Below are positions 1 to 10,515 of a DNA stretch of 64,000 nt, one piece after another. The notes beneath the pieces are model-generated. The model searched no databases and was not told where the DNA came from. It saw nothing but the letters and a program-made list of their open reading frames with translations. The position numbers were made by a program, and so were the translations under genes. The stretch's first letter is position 1. Every line of letters starts with the position of its first letter. Source of the DNA: Octopus sinensis (lineage: Eukaryota); NCBI RefSeq assembly GCF_006345805.1, contig NC_042999.1, positions 75,268,001 through 75,332,000 on the forward strand. The letters are read 5' to 3'.

Positions 1-1160
1 TACATTAAATATTTTACACTTATAGCTTTTAGTTACCCTAAGTCTTGTGTGTGGATCTATGGAAAACAGTTAGATACACTGTACCTGTTCTTGGTTTGTA
101 GCCTTTACCTGTCACCTAGTTCACTAGTAACACCATTATGTGGATCTTGGGTGCTTTTGTCAGAGGTCATTTGGTTGCAAACATTTAAACAGTCAGACCA
201 ATTGTGATGATAACAGGATTTGAGTTGTGTAATTTTCTGCAGATGCTACCATTGAATTGTACATTATTCCTCTCTTAACCTCACCAGTATCAGTTGTCTA
301 ACAGAATGTTATGGACACTGTACTTCTTCCTCTGCAGTGCCTACTTATTGAAGAAGCCGGCTCAACCCGCCCTGGGTGAATGCTGTCACAAAACAAAAAC
401 TACTTACTGTTAAAAAAACTGGTTATTGAGAGTAAAATGTTTTGGTTGTGGATGCAGCTTATAATACAAGTCCCTTTACTCATTTAAATACCCAAAAGGT
501 ACTACTGAAGACTTCATGTAGAGTATCTCAAATAAATCAGTTTGGCAGAGAGTATTCCTCTCTAAGCTATAACAGGAGGGATTAAGTGTCTATGATATTG
601 GCACAACATAACACCCATGTTTGATATGATCCATAGAGTGACTCACAGGTTGTTCAGTATCCCATCATCTTGCCTATCTGGACTTCCCACTTGCAATGTA
701 AGTGAAATTAGGTGGTTACAGTTATAATCTGAAATTACAACAGCTATTTCCAATACTTTAAAATTTTTAATGTAAGAATTAATACTAAGTTGAATAGTAA
801 ACCACTGGTAAGCCCAATTCGCAATTCTATTTTGATTTCTGGCTGACCTCAACAGACTACAGTTATATGATGTAATAACTATAAACAACAGCTTGGAAGC
901 AAACAGACACATCTTATAACAGTAAGCTACAAGGTTACAGAGCATTGTCAGTTTCAATTAATTGAAAACTTAGCAAAATTTAATGTTAGGAAGATGTGAT
1001 TGCATTGTTTCACAATAGGAATCACCCCACTATGAATATTGAGAAAATATTGAATAACTCATTCAAAATGTTTGCAGCTTTTGTCAAAGTAAGAAAGTAA
1101 TTATTTAAGAATAGTAACAGTAAAAACAAAAACAAACCATCAAATAAGTATGAAACAAAT

Positions 1161-2546
1161 TTATTTATTTTTTACAATTTTCTTTTTACTGAATACATAC
1201 TTGTTGATAAGAATATAAAGAATAAAGGTTTGAATAAAGAAAAAGACGACACTAGCAAGACAAATATATATAAAAGTGTTGCTACCTTCAAATTCCAAGA
1301 AATAAGCAGGTAGAAGCCATATGCCTTGCCCAAGAAACCAAAGTAGAATTAAAATTAATCCATGAAATACAGTCAGTTGCAGAGAAGGCAGAAGTAAGGG
1401 GAGGAGACAGAGATACCAGAGAAAATATTGGGATGTGCATACTTTGTTAAACATCACAAAAATTACAGTTAAAAGGAACCAGCAGAAGGGTAAGTCAGCA
1501 AAGTATACAAGTGTTATGGCTAAAATTAGAATGATCTGTGGTAGAAAAGTAATGAGGCCAATCAGTGTTGAGTGACTCAAATCTGCTGTAAGATACAGAA
1601 GGTAGAAAAACAGAGAAAAGTTATGCCGAGTATCTTTACGGCTTATGTGGTAGAGATATGCTTCCTGAATAAATGGCCAGTCATAAGCGAAGTAAAAGAT
1701 ACTGGTCAGTGAAGCTAAAGTTAAGATAGAAACTAAGGCAAATAAAATCTGATCAGAGTTGGGTAAAAGAAGATTTTTTATCTTTTGTAGCTTTTTGTTA
1801 GGTTTTGTAAATGATTCAGATGCAAGGTTTAAGTAAATAGATGGAGCATAAATGATTGGATATATTTTGGTGTGTATAGCAATTCCATACAACATAGCTG
1901 CAAAAAATAAATGTCTTTTAAGGCATGTTAGTAAGCTAAAGAGAACTAGGAAAGTTATGATAGATTCAGCATTACCCCGGGTACATATAGTTATAGAAAG
2001 TGGATTATACAACCAAAACATTGAACACAATGTAGACAGTCTTCTTGATTGATGTTTTAGCTGAACAATCTTGAAAATTGTAAAAGCAGTAAGTAAGTCA
2101 AATACTACAAAAACAAATTTTCCAAAATGAAATGAAAGTAAAATATTTGGTGTCAAAAAATATGCCAACAAAGGTGTATAGCGGTATGTGTGTCTCTTAT
2201 AAGGACTCAATCCCTCCACAACATGCTTTGCGGCATCAGTAAACACACTGTAATCAATATCTGTATATTTGACATCGAAATATAAGTCTTGCCATATACC
2301 ATAACCAATTAACACAAACCGAATCAAGCATCCAATGGCTAGATGCCATTTAATGTGTAATAAACTGGTTTTTGCTGCAGACACTTTGATGAAATTAAAT
2401 AGGTATTGCATAATGGTCTTCATTTCATTTCTTGCTATATATTTAAATACAAAACTGGGTCTTCTTCTGCAGTTACATTTAGAGCTGAGTTCAAAATGAG
2501 GACTTTCTATATTTTCTCTCTCCCTTTCAAAAGAAACTTGTAGCAT
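1161..2546 (-). CDS. PIGM: GPI mannosyltransferase 1 (PIG-M), uninterrupted CDS; true start may be a downstream Met (MKTIM...)
   Basis: 461-aa multi-TM ORF with VKYTDIDYSVFTDAA (DXD), GLSPYKRHTYRYTPLLA, TRGNAES, HTKIYPIIY, YLYHISRKDTRHNFS, FNKVCTSQYFLWY and a C-terminal KK-rich tail. Confidence 0.96.
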   Translation of the reverse strand: MLQVSFERERENIESPHFELSSKCNCRRRPSFVFKYIARNEMKTIMQYLFNFIKVSAAKTSLLHIKWHLAIGCLIRFVLIGYGIWQDLYFDVKYTDIDYSVFTDAAKHVVEGLSPYKRHTYRYTPLLAYFLTPNILLSFHFGKFVFVVFDLLTAFTIFKIVQLKHQSRRLSTLCSMFWLYNPLSITICTRGNAESIITFLVLFSLLTCLKRHLFFAAMLYGIAIHTKIYPIIYAPSIYLNLASESFTKPNKKLQKIKNLLLPNSDQILFALVSILTLASLTSIFYFAYDWPFIQEAYLYHISRKDTRHNFSLFFYLLYLTADLSHSTLIGLITFLPQIILILAITLVYFADLPFCWFLLTVIFVMFNKVCTSQYFLWYLCLLPLLLPSLQLTVFHGLILILLWFLGQGIWLLPAYFLEFEGSNTFIYICLASVVFFFIQTFILYILINKYVFSKKKIVKNK

Positions 2547-4787
2547 ACCATTGCATCTCTAGGTATTGAAACCACAACAAATGTTTAAATATTTTCCTAA
2601 AATAAGATAAAAGAAGAATTACAATAACTCAAATTGAAAATGTGTCACAATAACCTTAAAATTTACTTATTATAACATCTAGGAATTTCCTCACAAGTTT
2701 TGATTGCTAATTCTTTAATAGTTGGAGGCTATCAACAATTTATATATCTTAGTATTATTAATGAGGCAAAATAATAATGTGGATACATTAAGTACAGAAA
2801 AAATATGTAAATCTTTTCAAGTTTGAGAATATACAGGTTTCATATTTTGCATTAAAAAAATATTATGTTAAAATCCAAAAATGAATAAGTATCACATGCC
2901 AACGTTTTGGAAATGATTTGTTGGAGTAACAATTATTTTCTTATAATAATGATGATTTCATCTTTCATAATTTATACTCTGTTTTAATTGGTTTAGTCTT
3001 TGATCATCTTCAGCTATTTTATTCCTACACATATGAACATTTCCCTATACTGGGTCTGAATTCAGAAAGATTAAGATTTCAACATCCCATGAAATTATAG
3101 CATACGCATTAAGATCAAGAAAACACTTGTTAATGTTGAGTTGAAAACCAGTCAAGGGATATATACCTATATATTAGAATAAAGTATTTGAAGGTAATTG
3201 GAGAAGACGAGGAGAATCAAAATGTAGTGTAATACATAAAAAAAATGAAAATGTGATTAATTTTGAAGAAAATTCAAGTCATCACAAAACTGACTGCTGT
3301 GTTATAATCTTTACTGATATGTTTGACAATCAAAACCACCACTACCATAACCATCATCATAATTTTCCTCTGCCTTATGGCTGCCCTTCATCACGACCAG
3401 TGTATGTGTACATTTTATCATGGCACCAGCACCAGAGAGGTTGCCATGTCTTTAAGACTAAAGGGTCCTTATGACCCTATACTGTCTCCACTTGTTTGCC
3501 ATCATTTTAGATATTGTACAGGTGTGATTTATCAGTGTGTTTAGTTGAAAACTTTAGGAACACCTCTTATGTATATCAATGTGATTGTTTCATGCTGGTA
3601 TAGGTTAAATGGAATGTTATAGTCCAACCCAGATCTTATTTGGAGTTATTGTCTTGGATAATTTGAGAGAACACATTTCATTCATATGTTTAAATTTTGG
3701 CATAGTTTCTACAGCTGCATGCCCTTTCTAACACCAACCACTTTATAGGAGGCATCAAATGTGCTTTATCACAGTACCAGCACAGTGCTAGACACATTGT
3801 CATCTCTTCTGCAAGACAGGACTAAAGAGTCCTCTCAATCCTACATTGTTTCTATTCATTCGCCAACTACCTTACAGAGTGTACAGTGTACATTATATCA
3901 GGGCATCAGTACTAGTGAGGTTATCTTGAATCTTGTAAGTTTTCATTGCTCTATATTGTTTCTGGAGCAATGTAATTAATAGTGTGTAAAAGAGATTGCA
4001 GGACATGAAAGGAAGCAGAATGATTAGGGTGTGCATGGAAAAAGGAAATAGGGGAGACAATATAGAAGCAATGAAAGAGACATTAAGAGCTGAAGATAAC
4101 AGAGAGAGAGAGAGCAAGGGACAGATAGTTGTAAAAGGGACAGGTGTAGAGTGTTAGATGTCAATAATGAATGACCTGGAGAAAAGAAATTTGTTGTCAG
4201 TTGTATAGAAGAGTATAATGTTAGCTATTAAGATAGGGCACAAGTGGTAAGTAATAGAGAGGCCAATGGTTAGTGTTATGGCTATGAGGGAGTTAAAGAT
4301 GGAGGAGGAAAAGTATTGAAATGATGTAATCTTACATTAATCAAATATCATTACCGGGAAATGACACTAATGGAAGCTACATGTTTGCTAGAAGAGAGAA
4401 TGGGGTGCCTGTAATAGATATGAATAGATACATATGTGTGTGTAAGGGATATATGTATAGGGAGACAGTTAGTCATGCAAGCAGCCATAACTAAGAATTT
4501 CAAAGGTGTGAAATTGTATTGAATCAATCAGATGTCATTTGTTTGCCACCCAAAGCTTACCAGTCTATAGTGATGATAATTCTTTGTATCTAATAAAGGC
4601 ACAATGCCAGAATTTTAAGATTTCATTAATTTCAGTACTTGATTGGTACTATGATGATGATCAATTATTGTTAGGGCCTTGGGGACTGCAATGGTACTTA
4701 CTTTGATGAATAAAATTTCCATATTGTTGAAATATATTGTGATGAATTTCATGTTTCAAAATGTTGCTTACTTTTTACTCAGCCTGA

Positions 4788-5235
4788 TACTATAGAAGAG
4801 TTAGACTAATATCAAAAAGTGAACTCAATGCTAGAAATTTAATAGATATAAATACACAAACCATATCAGATATAAGCTATAGCTTCAATATAATAAACTG
4901 AAAGCTAAGTGAATTGAAAAAAATCTACATAGGAAAATCAGAAAATTATTGACAGCAAACTGAAATCACTATCTCAAAGCAGATATAGACAGAATATACC
5001 TACATTGCACAAAAGGAAGGCATAGCCCGAGATATAATATAAAACTTCTTTAATAACAACATCTGAACTGGAAAAATATTTAGAAAAAAATAATGGAAGA
5101 CTTATAAATGCAATGAAGAAACATAATAAAACAAAACCTCTTCTCTTTACAGAAGAAGCAATAAAATACAAAGCAGAAACTGACAAAACTGAAACAATAA
5201 ATTCAGAAAAACAACAAAACAGATATAGTTAAAGA
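4788..5235 (+). mobile_element. Degenerate R4/Dong-like non-LTR fragment (post-RT region)
   Basis: Translates with lesions as YYRRVR..KSELNARN...ISYSFNIIN...RKIRKLL...HYLKADIDRIYL, matching the 59336-60229 ORF motifs YRRVRAILKIELNARN / YSFNIVN / HHPKADTERLYL. Confidence 0.7.
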
Positions 5236-5589
5236 AACCAAAAAAATAACATGAAAAGAAATGCTGCTAAGCATTTTGTCCAACATTCTAATGATTCTGC
5301 CAGCTTGACACCTCAATAATAATTCTAATATAGGCACAAGGCCTGAAATTTTGAGGGATGTTGCTTAGTTGATTATATTGACTGGTTCTTTATTCTATTG
5401 AGTCTGGATGTAAAAAAAAAAAAAAGGCTTAGCTGGCCTTGGAAGGATTTGAACTCAAGAGTCAGAACAAATATATTGTATACTAGTTGAGTATCCAGTT
5501 GTTGAAAAAGAAAAAATTATGTATTTTCCAATTTAAAAAATATTTCTATTTATTTACTTTTTTGTTTTCTTTTTATCGAAAAGATGTCA

Positions 5590-6656
5590 GTACACCGGTG
5601 CGAAAAAATTTACCTCTTTTTTTTTTTTTTTTTTCAGCGAATTCCTGTTTACGTTGACAGAGATTCTGAATATATCAAAAACCATGTTTTCAAAATTTTC
5701 AATTTCCCCTCCCTACCCCAATTTTTTAAATTTTAACTATTTTTCGATTTTTTTTTCTATCTACATGGAAAAATATGGAGATTAAGAATATGGGGGAAAA
5801 ATACTTAATTTCAAATTTTCTTTGAGGTACTCCAAAACTGATTCATACACCCCTCACTGTCACTCCAACCTGCTGTCTAAAAGTGAAAATGAATGGCTTG
5901 TGTGTTTGTGTGTGCACGTGCGAATGAGCAGAGAAAATACACCTAAATAGGTATTACATACTTATTATATAAGCTGGTTTTGCTTTTTCGCTTTAAAGGT
6001 AAACAGTCCTTATAGAAGCAAACATGATATTCAATAATATGTTTGTATTCTTCATTCAGAAAGAATAAGAACTTCATGGGACTTCGTTATGTGGATCCCC
6101 CACTCCCCACAAAAGTTTGTATATTCGGAATCTACATGATATAACACATATGCATATAAAATTTCATTACAAAATATCCATTTTTCTGAAAGTTATGATC
6201 ATCCAAAGTCGGTGGGACAGAATTCTGTAGTTATGCCTGGATTTTAAGTGCATGGTGCCCACAAAATTGACAATTGCTCCAGAGAAGGGACGATAAGTTT
6301 TTTGTAAAACAGATACTCCACATCATTTCCAAGGGCACCATGTACAGAAATCTGAAACGTCTCCATCAAAATGGAGAAATACCAACCTGTTGGTGCTTCC
6401 TAACTCCGAATTCAGCCTATATATATGTATGGATGTATATGTGTTTGTCTGTGTTTGACAGCCCATCACCACTTCTAACTATTGTTGGTGTACATAATTT
6501 ATAATGGAGAGATAGGTGTCCTCATCGTGTTTGTTGTTATCACAACGTTTCGGCTGATGTACTCTCCAGTCTTCATCATGTGTTTTGGTGGAATTTCGAA
6601 CCCAACCCTTTATTTGACTAATGTTGCAGTGAATACATCCCCATAACTTAGCAGAT

Positions 6657-6693
<37 letters not shown>

Positions 6694-8200
6694 CTAGGAA
6701 CTCAAAAGTAGGCGCAGGAGTGTGGTAAGTAGCTTGTTTACCAGCCACATGGTTCCGGGTTCAGTCCCACTGCGTGACACCTTGGGCAAGTGTCTTCTAC
6801 TATAGCCTCGGGCCGACCAAAGCCCTGTGAGTGGATTTGGTAGACGGAAACTGAAAGAAGCCCGTTGTATATATGTATATATATATGAGTGTATGTGTGT
6901 CTGTGTTTGTCACCCTAGCATTGCTTGACAACCGATGCTGGTGTGTTTATGTCCCCGTTACTTAGCAGTTTGGCAAAAGAAACCGATAGAATAAGTACTG
7001 GGCTTACAAAAGAATAAGTCCCGGGATCGAATTGCTCGATTAAAGGCGGTGCTCCAGCATGGCCGCAGTCAAATGACTGAAACAAGTAAAAGAGTACTAG
7101 GCTTCAAAAATAAGGTGTCGTTTCGTTCAACTAAAGCTCTTCAAGGCGGTGCTCCAGCATGGCCACAGTCAGGTGACTGAAACAAGTAAAGGAGTAACTC
7201 CACAATGTCACCTTTCTCCTTTTGATGAACATCCATCGCCCTTTTATAGTCTCAGTATGGATGTTGTTATTTGGATAAAAAAAGAAATTGAGAGAATCAT
7301 TGACCCACATAAAAAGACCCCCATCGTATATCAAATGTGTTTCATGAAATTTTGGTATATTACTGGGCATAACTACATATTTCTGCCTCCTTCCCGACTT
7401 TGGATGATGTAGATTCCGAATATACAAAATTTTTGGGGAAAAGTGTTTTAGGAGGTGGTCGGGTGGGGAATTTCAGAAAATTCACCGGAGTCCACTTCAA
7501 TTCGTCTTAACTTTCAAGAAAATTGATATTTTTTAATGAAGTTCTCTGCAAATATACTTCGGACTATGTAGATTCCGAGGACATAGGAATTTAGGGGGAA
7601 AACAATTGGGGGTCATTTTTGAGAACCGTTCCCCACTTGCAGGTGTTTCTGAACAAGTCCATATTTGTAGAGAATTTCATTAAAAAATATCCATTTTCTT
7701 GAAAATTAAGACGAATTGAAGAGGGCTCCGATGAATTTTCCGAAATTCCGCACTCTACTCCCAAAATTAGGCCACATATTTTATGCACTTTAGAAATAAT
7801 TCCTGATGGACAAAGAGCTTTCACAGTCTTCATATTCTTAACTGCTGCGAAGAAGAATAGTTGGACCGTCACTTATATTTTGATATTTGCAAGCCGTTCA
7901 TTTTCACTTTTAGATAGCGGAATGGGGTCGCGGCGAGGGGGTGTATGAATCAATTTTGGAGTTTCTTCATAGAAAATTTGAAATTAATTATTTTCTTTTT
8001 TCCATATTCTTAATCCACATATTTTTCTACATAGATTGAAAAAAAAAAAAAATTTGAAAAGTTAAAATTTGGGGTGGAGGTGGGGGGAATTGAAAATTTT
8101 GAAAACATGGTTTTTGTCATATTCAGAATTTCCGTCATCGAAAACATAGGAATCCGCTGAAAAAATTTCAGAAAAGGGTGATTTTTTAGTGCCGGTGTAC
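5590..8200. mobile_element. Large fold-back non-autonomous DNA element with ~310-bp outer inverted arms, carrying SINE insertions
   Basis: 5590-5900 is a diverged reverse complement of 7875-8200 (ends GTACACCGG / CCGGTGTAC); 6060-6260 matches 7280-7830 inverted; internal palindrome 7495-7720. Confidence 0.7.
6711..7094 (+). mobile_element. tRNA-derived SINE family A (CORE-like CTTGGGCAAG block, GACTGAAACAAGTAAAAGAG tail)
   Basis: A-box-like TGTGGTAAG and B-box-like GGTTCAGTCCC head; many near-identical copies in the window. Confidence 0.85.
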
Positions 8201-8512
8201 TTGTAAAAAATGTGGACCCTTTTTTTTTTTATTTTTTAAATTTTAAACCCCCACCCACAAATTCTTCAATTTTCACTTTTTTCTATTTTTTTTCACAATC
8301 CTAATCTCCGTATTTTTCTACGTGTTTCGCAAAAAAAAAAAAAATCTGAAAAAAAGTGAAAATTGAAGAATTTGAGGGGGTGGAGGTAGGGGCTTAAAAT
8401 TTTAAAATCCCTCTTCTTTTTGCAGAATCAGAATCTCCGTACTCGAAAATGGGGTATTCTGTAAGAAAAAAAAAACAGAAAAAAGAAAGGGGGTGCGGTC
8501 AACATTTTTTTA
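8201..8512. mobile_element. Palindromic MITE-like element
   Basis: TGTAAAAAATGTGGACC / GGTCAACATTTTTTTACA ends; internal CAAATTCTTCAATTTTCACTTTTT paired with AAAAAGTGAAAATTGAAGAATTTG. Confidence 0.65.
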
Positions 8513-8527
8513 CATCCGCCGACTTTT

Positions 8528-8902
8528 TTTTACTTGTTTCAGTCATTTGACTGTGGCCATGCTGGAGCACCGCCTTTTAGTCGAGCAAATCGACCCCGGG
8601 ACTTATTCTTTGTAAGCCCAGTACTTATTCTATCGGTTTCTTTTGCCGAACCGCTAAATGACGGGGACGTAAACACACCAGCATCGGTTGTCAAGCAATG
8701 CTAGGGGGACAAACACAGACACACACATATATACATACATATATACGACGGGCTTCTTTCAGTTTCCGTCTACCAAATCTACTCACAAGGCTTTGGTCGG
8801 CCCGAGGCTATAGCAGAAGACACTTACCCAAGATGCCACGCAGTTGGACTGAACCCGGAACCATGTGGTTGGTAAGCAAGCTACTTACCACATAGTCACT
8901 CC
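8528..8902 (-). mobile_element. SINE family A copy
   Basis: Full reverse-complement match to 6711-7094. Confidence 0.85.
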
Positions 8903-9214
8903 GTTTTTAAGTATGTAGCGGAAAAAAACAGATACATAAAAAGGATAAAATCAGTCCAGAAAGGGAGGGGGAATTCATAAATTTTCAAAAATTTTATTCA
9001 TGAAAAGCTTTCCCTCATCATTTGAAACAGTGTGGTGAAAAAAAATACAAAAAATCCTCGTCAAATCGGAGAAAACCCAGCTAATATGGACGTGCTCTTC
9101 CGAAAGTCCGCCAAGGTATTCTGTTATGAAAATTAGGCAACGAAGGGGTAGACAGCTTGTGTGTGTGTGTGTAAAATTCTGCTATGCTGCAGCAAGACCA
9201 ACACCTGATATATG

Positions 9215-9615
9215 GGATCTTTTCGGTTTGAACGGCAGTTTTTTCTAGCGGTGTCATATGAAATTGTCACCCATAATTATGACCCTAGTATCGATCTATT
9301 GCATTTCAATCTGTTTTAGGGTTAGGGGTGGGGGGGAAGAGTATCTTTTTTTCTTCAGAAATGTAAACCCAATCTGTTTCTTAAACGAGGGACATATTCA
9401 TACGGCACAGAATGTTTTCACCCCAATAGACGTCATTGATTGGTTGAAATTGCAGAAAAACAAACAAACAAATATCTTACAAACTATAGAATTTTCTCAA
9501 TAAAGCCAAGAGAAAAAGATGTTTTATAAACACATTCTACCAGTATACGAAGTTTAAAAGTGTTTAGTTACGTGGAAATTATTTTTAAAAACTGCGGTTC
9601 AAACCGAAAAGATAC
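9215..9615. mobile_element. 401-bp MITE with ~28-bp TIRs and 8-bp TSD gatatatg
   Basis: TIR GGATCTTTTCGGTTTGAACGGCAGTTTT; TSD at 9207-9214 and 9616-9623; second copy at 37420-37821. Confidence 0.88.
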
Positions 9616-10119
9616 GATATATGTTTTAAACACATTTAAGGCCTTTGGGAAATTTTTTTTCGTGTACCTTGGAAACATGCTTAAAACATGTACAACTTCA
9701 ACGGTTTCTCTCCGTTGTAAAATTTCTCAGCGACGCTAGTTGAGGGTCTACTTTCTATGACCTCCACTCAATCAATTTAAGCAAAATTACAGTGGACATT
9801 AAGGTAGTGGATTCAGAGGATCTATACAGCGCGGGACAAAATGCCTTGCAGTATTTAGTTGAGATCTTTATGTTCAGAAATCATATTTCAATTTTTAACC
9901 TACAGATTTGTAAATCTGTCTGTAGGAAAAACATGAACAGAAGTTTCCAGAGGAACGCTCTAATAATAAAGAAAGTATAAATCTTATAACAGATAAAGGT
10001 ATATTTCCTAATCAAAGATAGAGATATGACACAAAAATATAACTAAGCCAGAATATAACGAAAGATATATATTAATAAAAGATACAGTACGTATCTTGAA
10101 TGAATGAAAAGGTGACAAA

Positions 10120-10445
10120 TTCATCTTACCGAACAGTAAGTAAATATTTCAAACACCGGAAGTTGATATGAATGCGGTGTATAACGATAATATCTACTTC
10201 TGAAAGAATATTTTATATGGAAACTATAAATCAAGTTAGAAAAGAATCTTAAAAATAATAATCTAAATAAATGATTCTCAGAAATAATTATTATTTATTA
10301 CTTTTGAGAAAGCAAGAAAAGTTTATATTTTTCTTTTACAATATTTTAGTTTACAATATCGCAGTATACATTTTTCCTAACTGGACAACGTTAAACTCTA
10401 CACCGTTACCTGCTGTTGGAAGCACATGGAGTGGTATACATAATG
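10120..10445. promoter_or_regulatory. Candidate bidirectional promoter / PIGM non-coding first exon; ETS-type motif ACCGGAAGT at 10155-10163
   Basis: Repeat-free stretch directly upstream of the DCAF13 ATG; minus-strand donor G|GTAAGA at 10129; matching strong minus-strand acceptor (pyrimidine tract + TTTTAG) at 2597-2598, just upstream of the PIGM ATG. Confidence 0.45.
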
Positions 10446-10515
10446 ATGAAAATTAAACTATTGAGTCGAAATCCAGATGATTATCTTCGAGAAACAAAAG
10501 ATGATATACGCAAAG
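10446..10515 (+). CDS. DCAF13: DCAF13 exon 1
   Basis: MKIKLLSRNPDDYLRETKDDIRK; donor gtattt at 10516. Confidence 0.92.

Noticed and set aside
330-412. Short plus-strand Cys-containing frame (AYLLKKPAQPALGECCHKTKTTYC)
   Set aside because: No start or signal peptide and too short to distinguish from chance
6711-6790. tRNA genes at SINE heads (also 42724, 51117)
   Set aside because: A/B boxes present but no complete cloverleaf; they continue into SINE bodies
9316-9330. TTAGGG telomeric repeat
   Set aside because: Only two units, internal to a MITE and present in both copies
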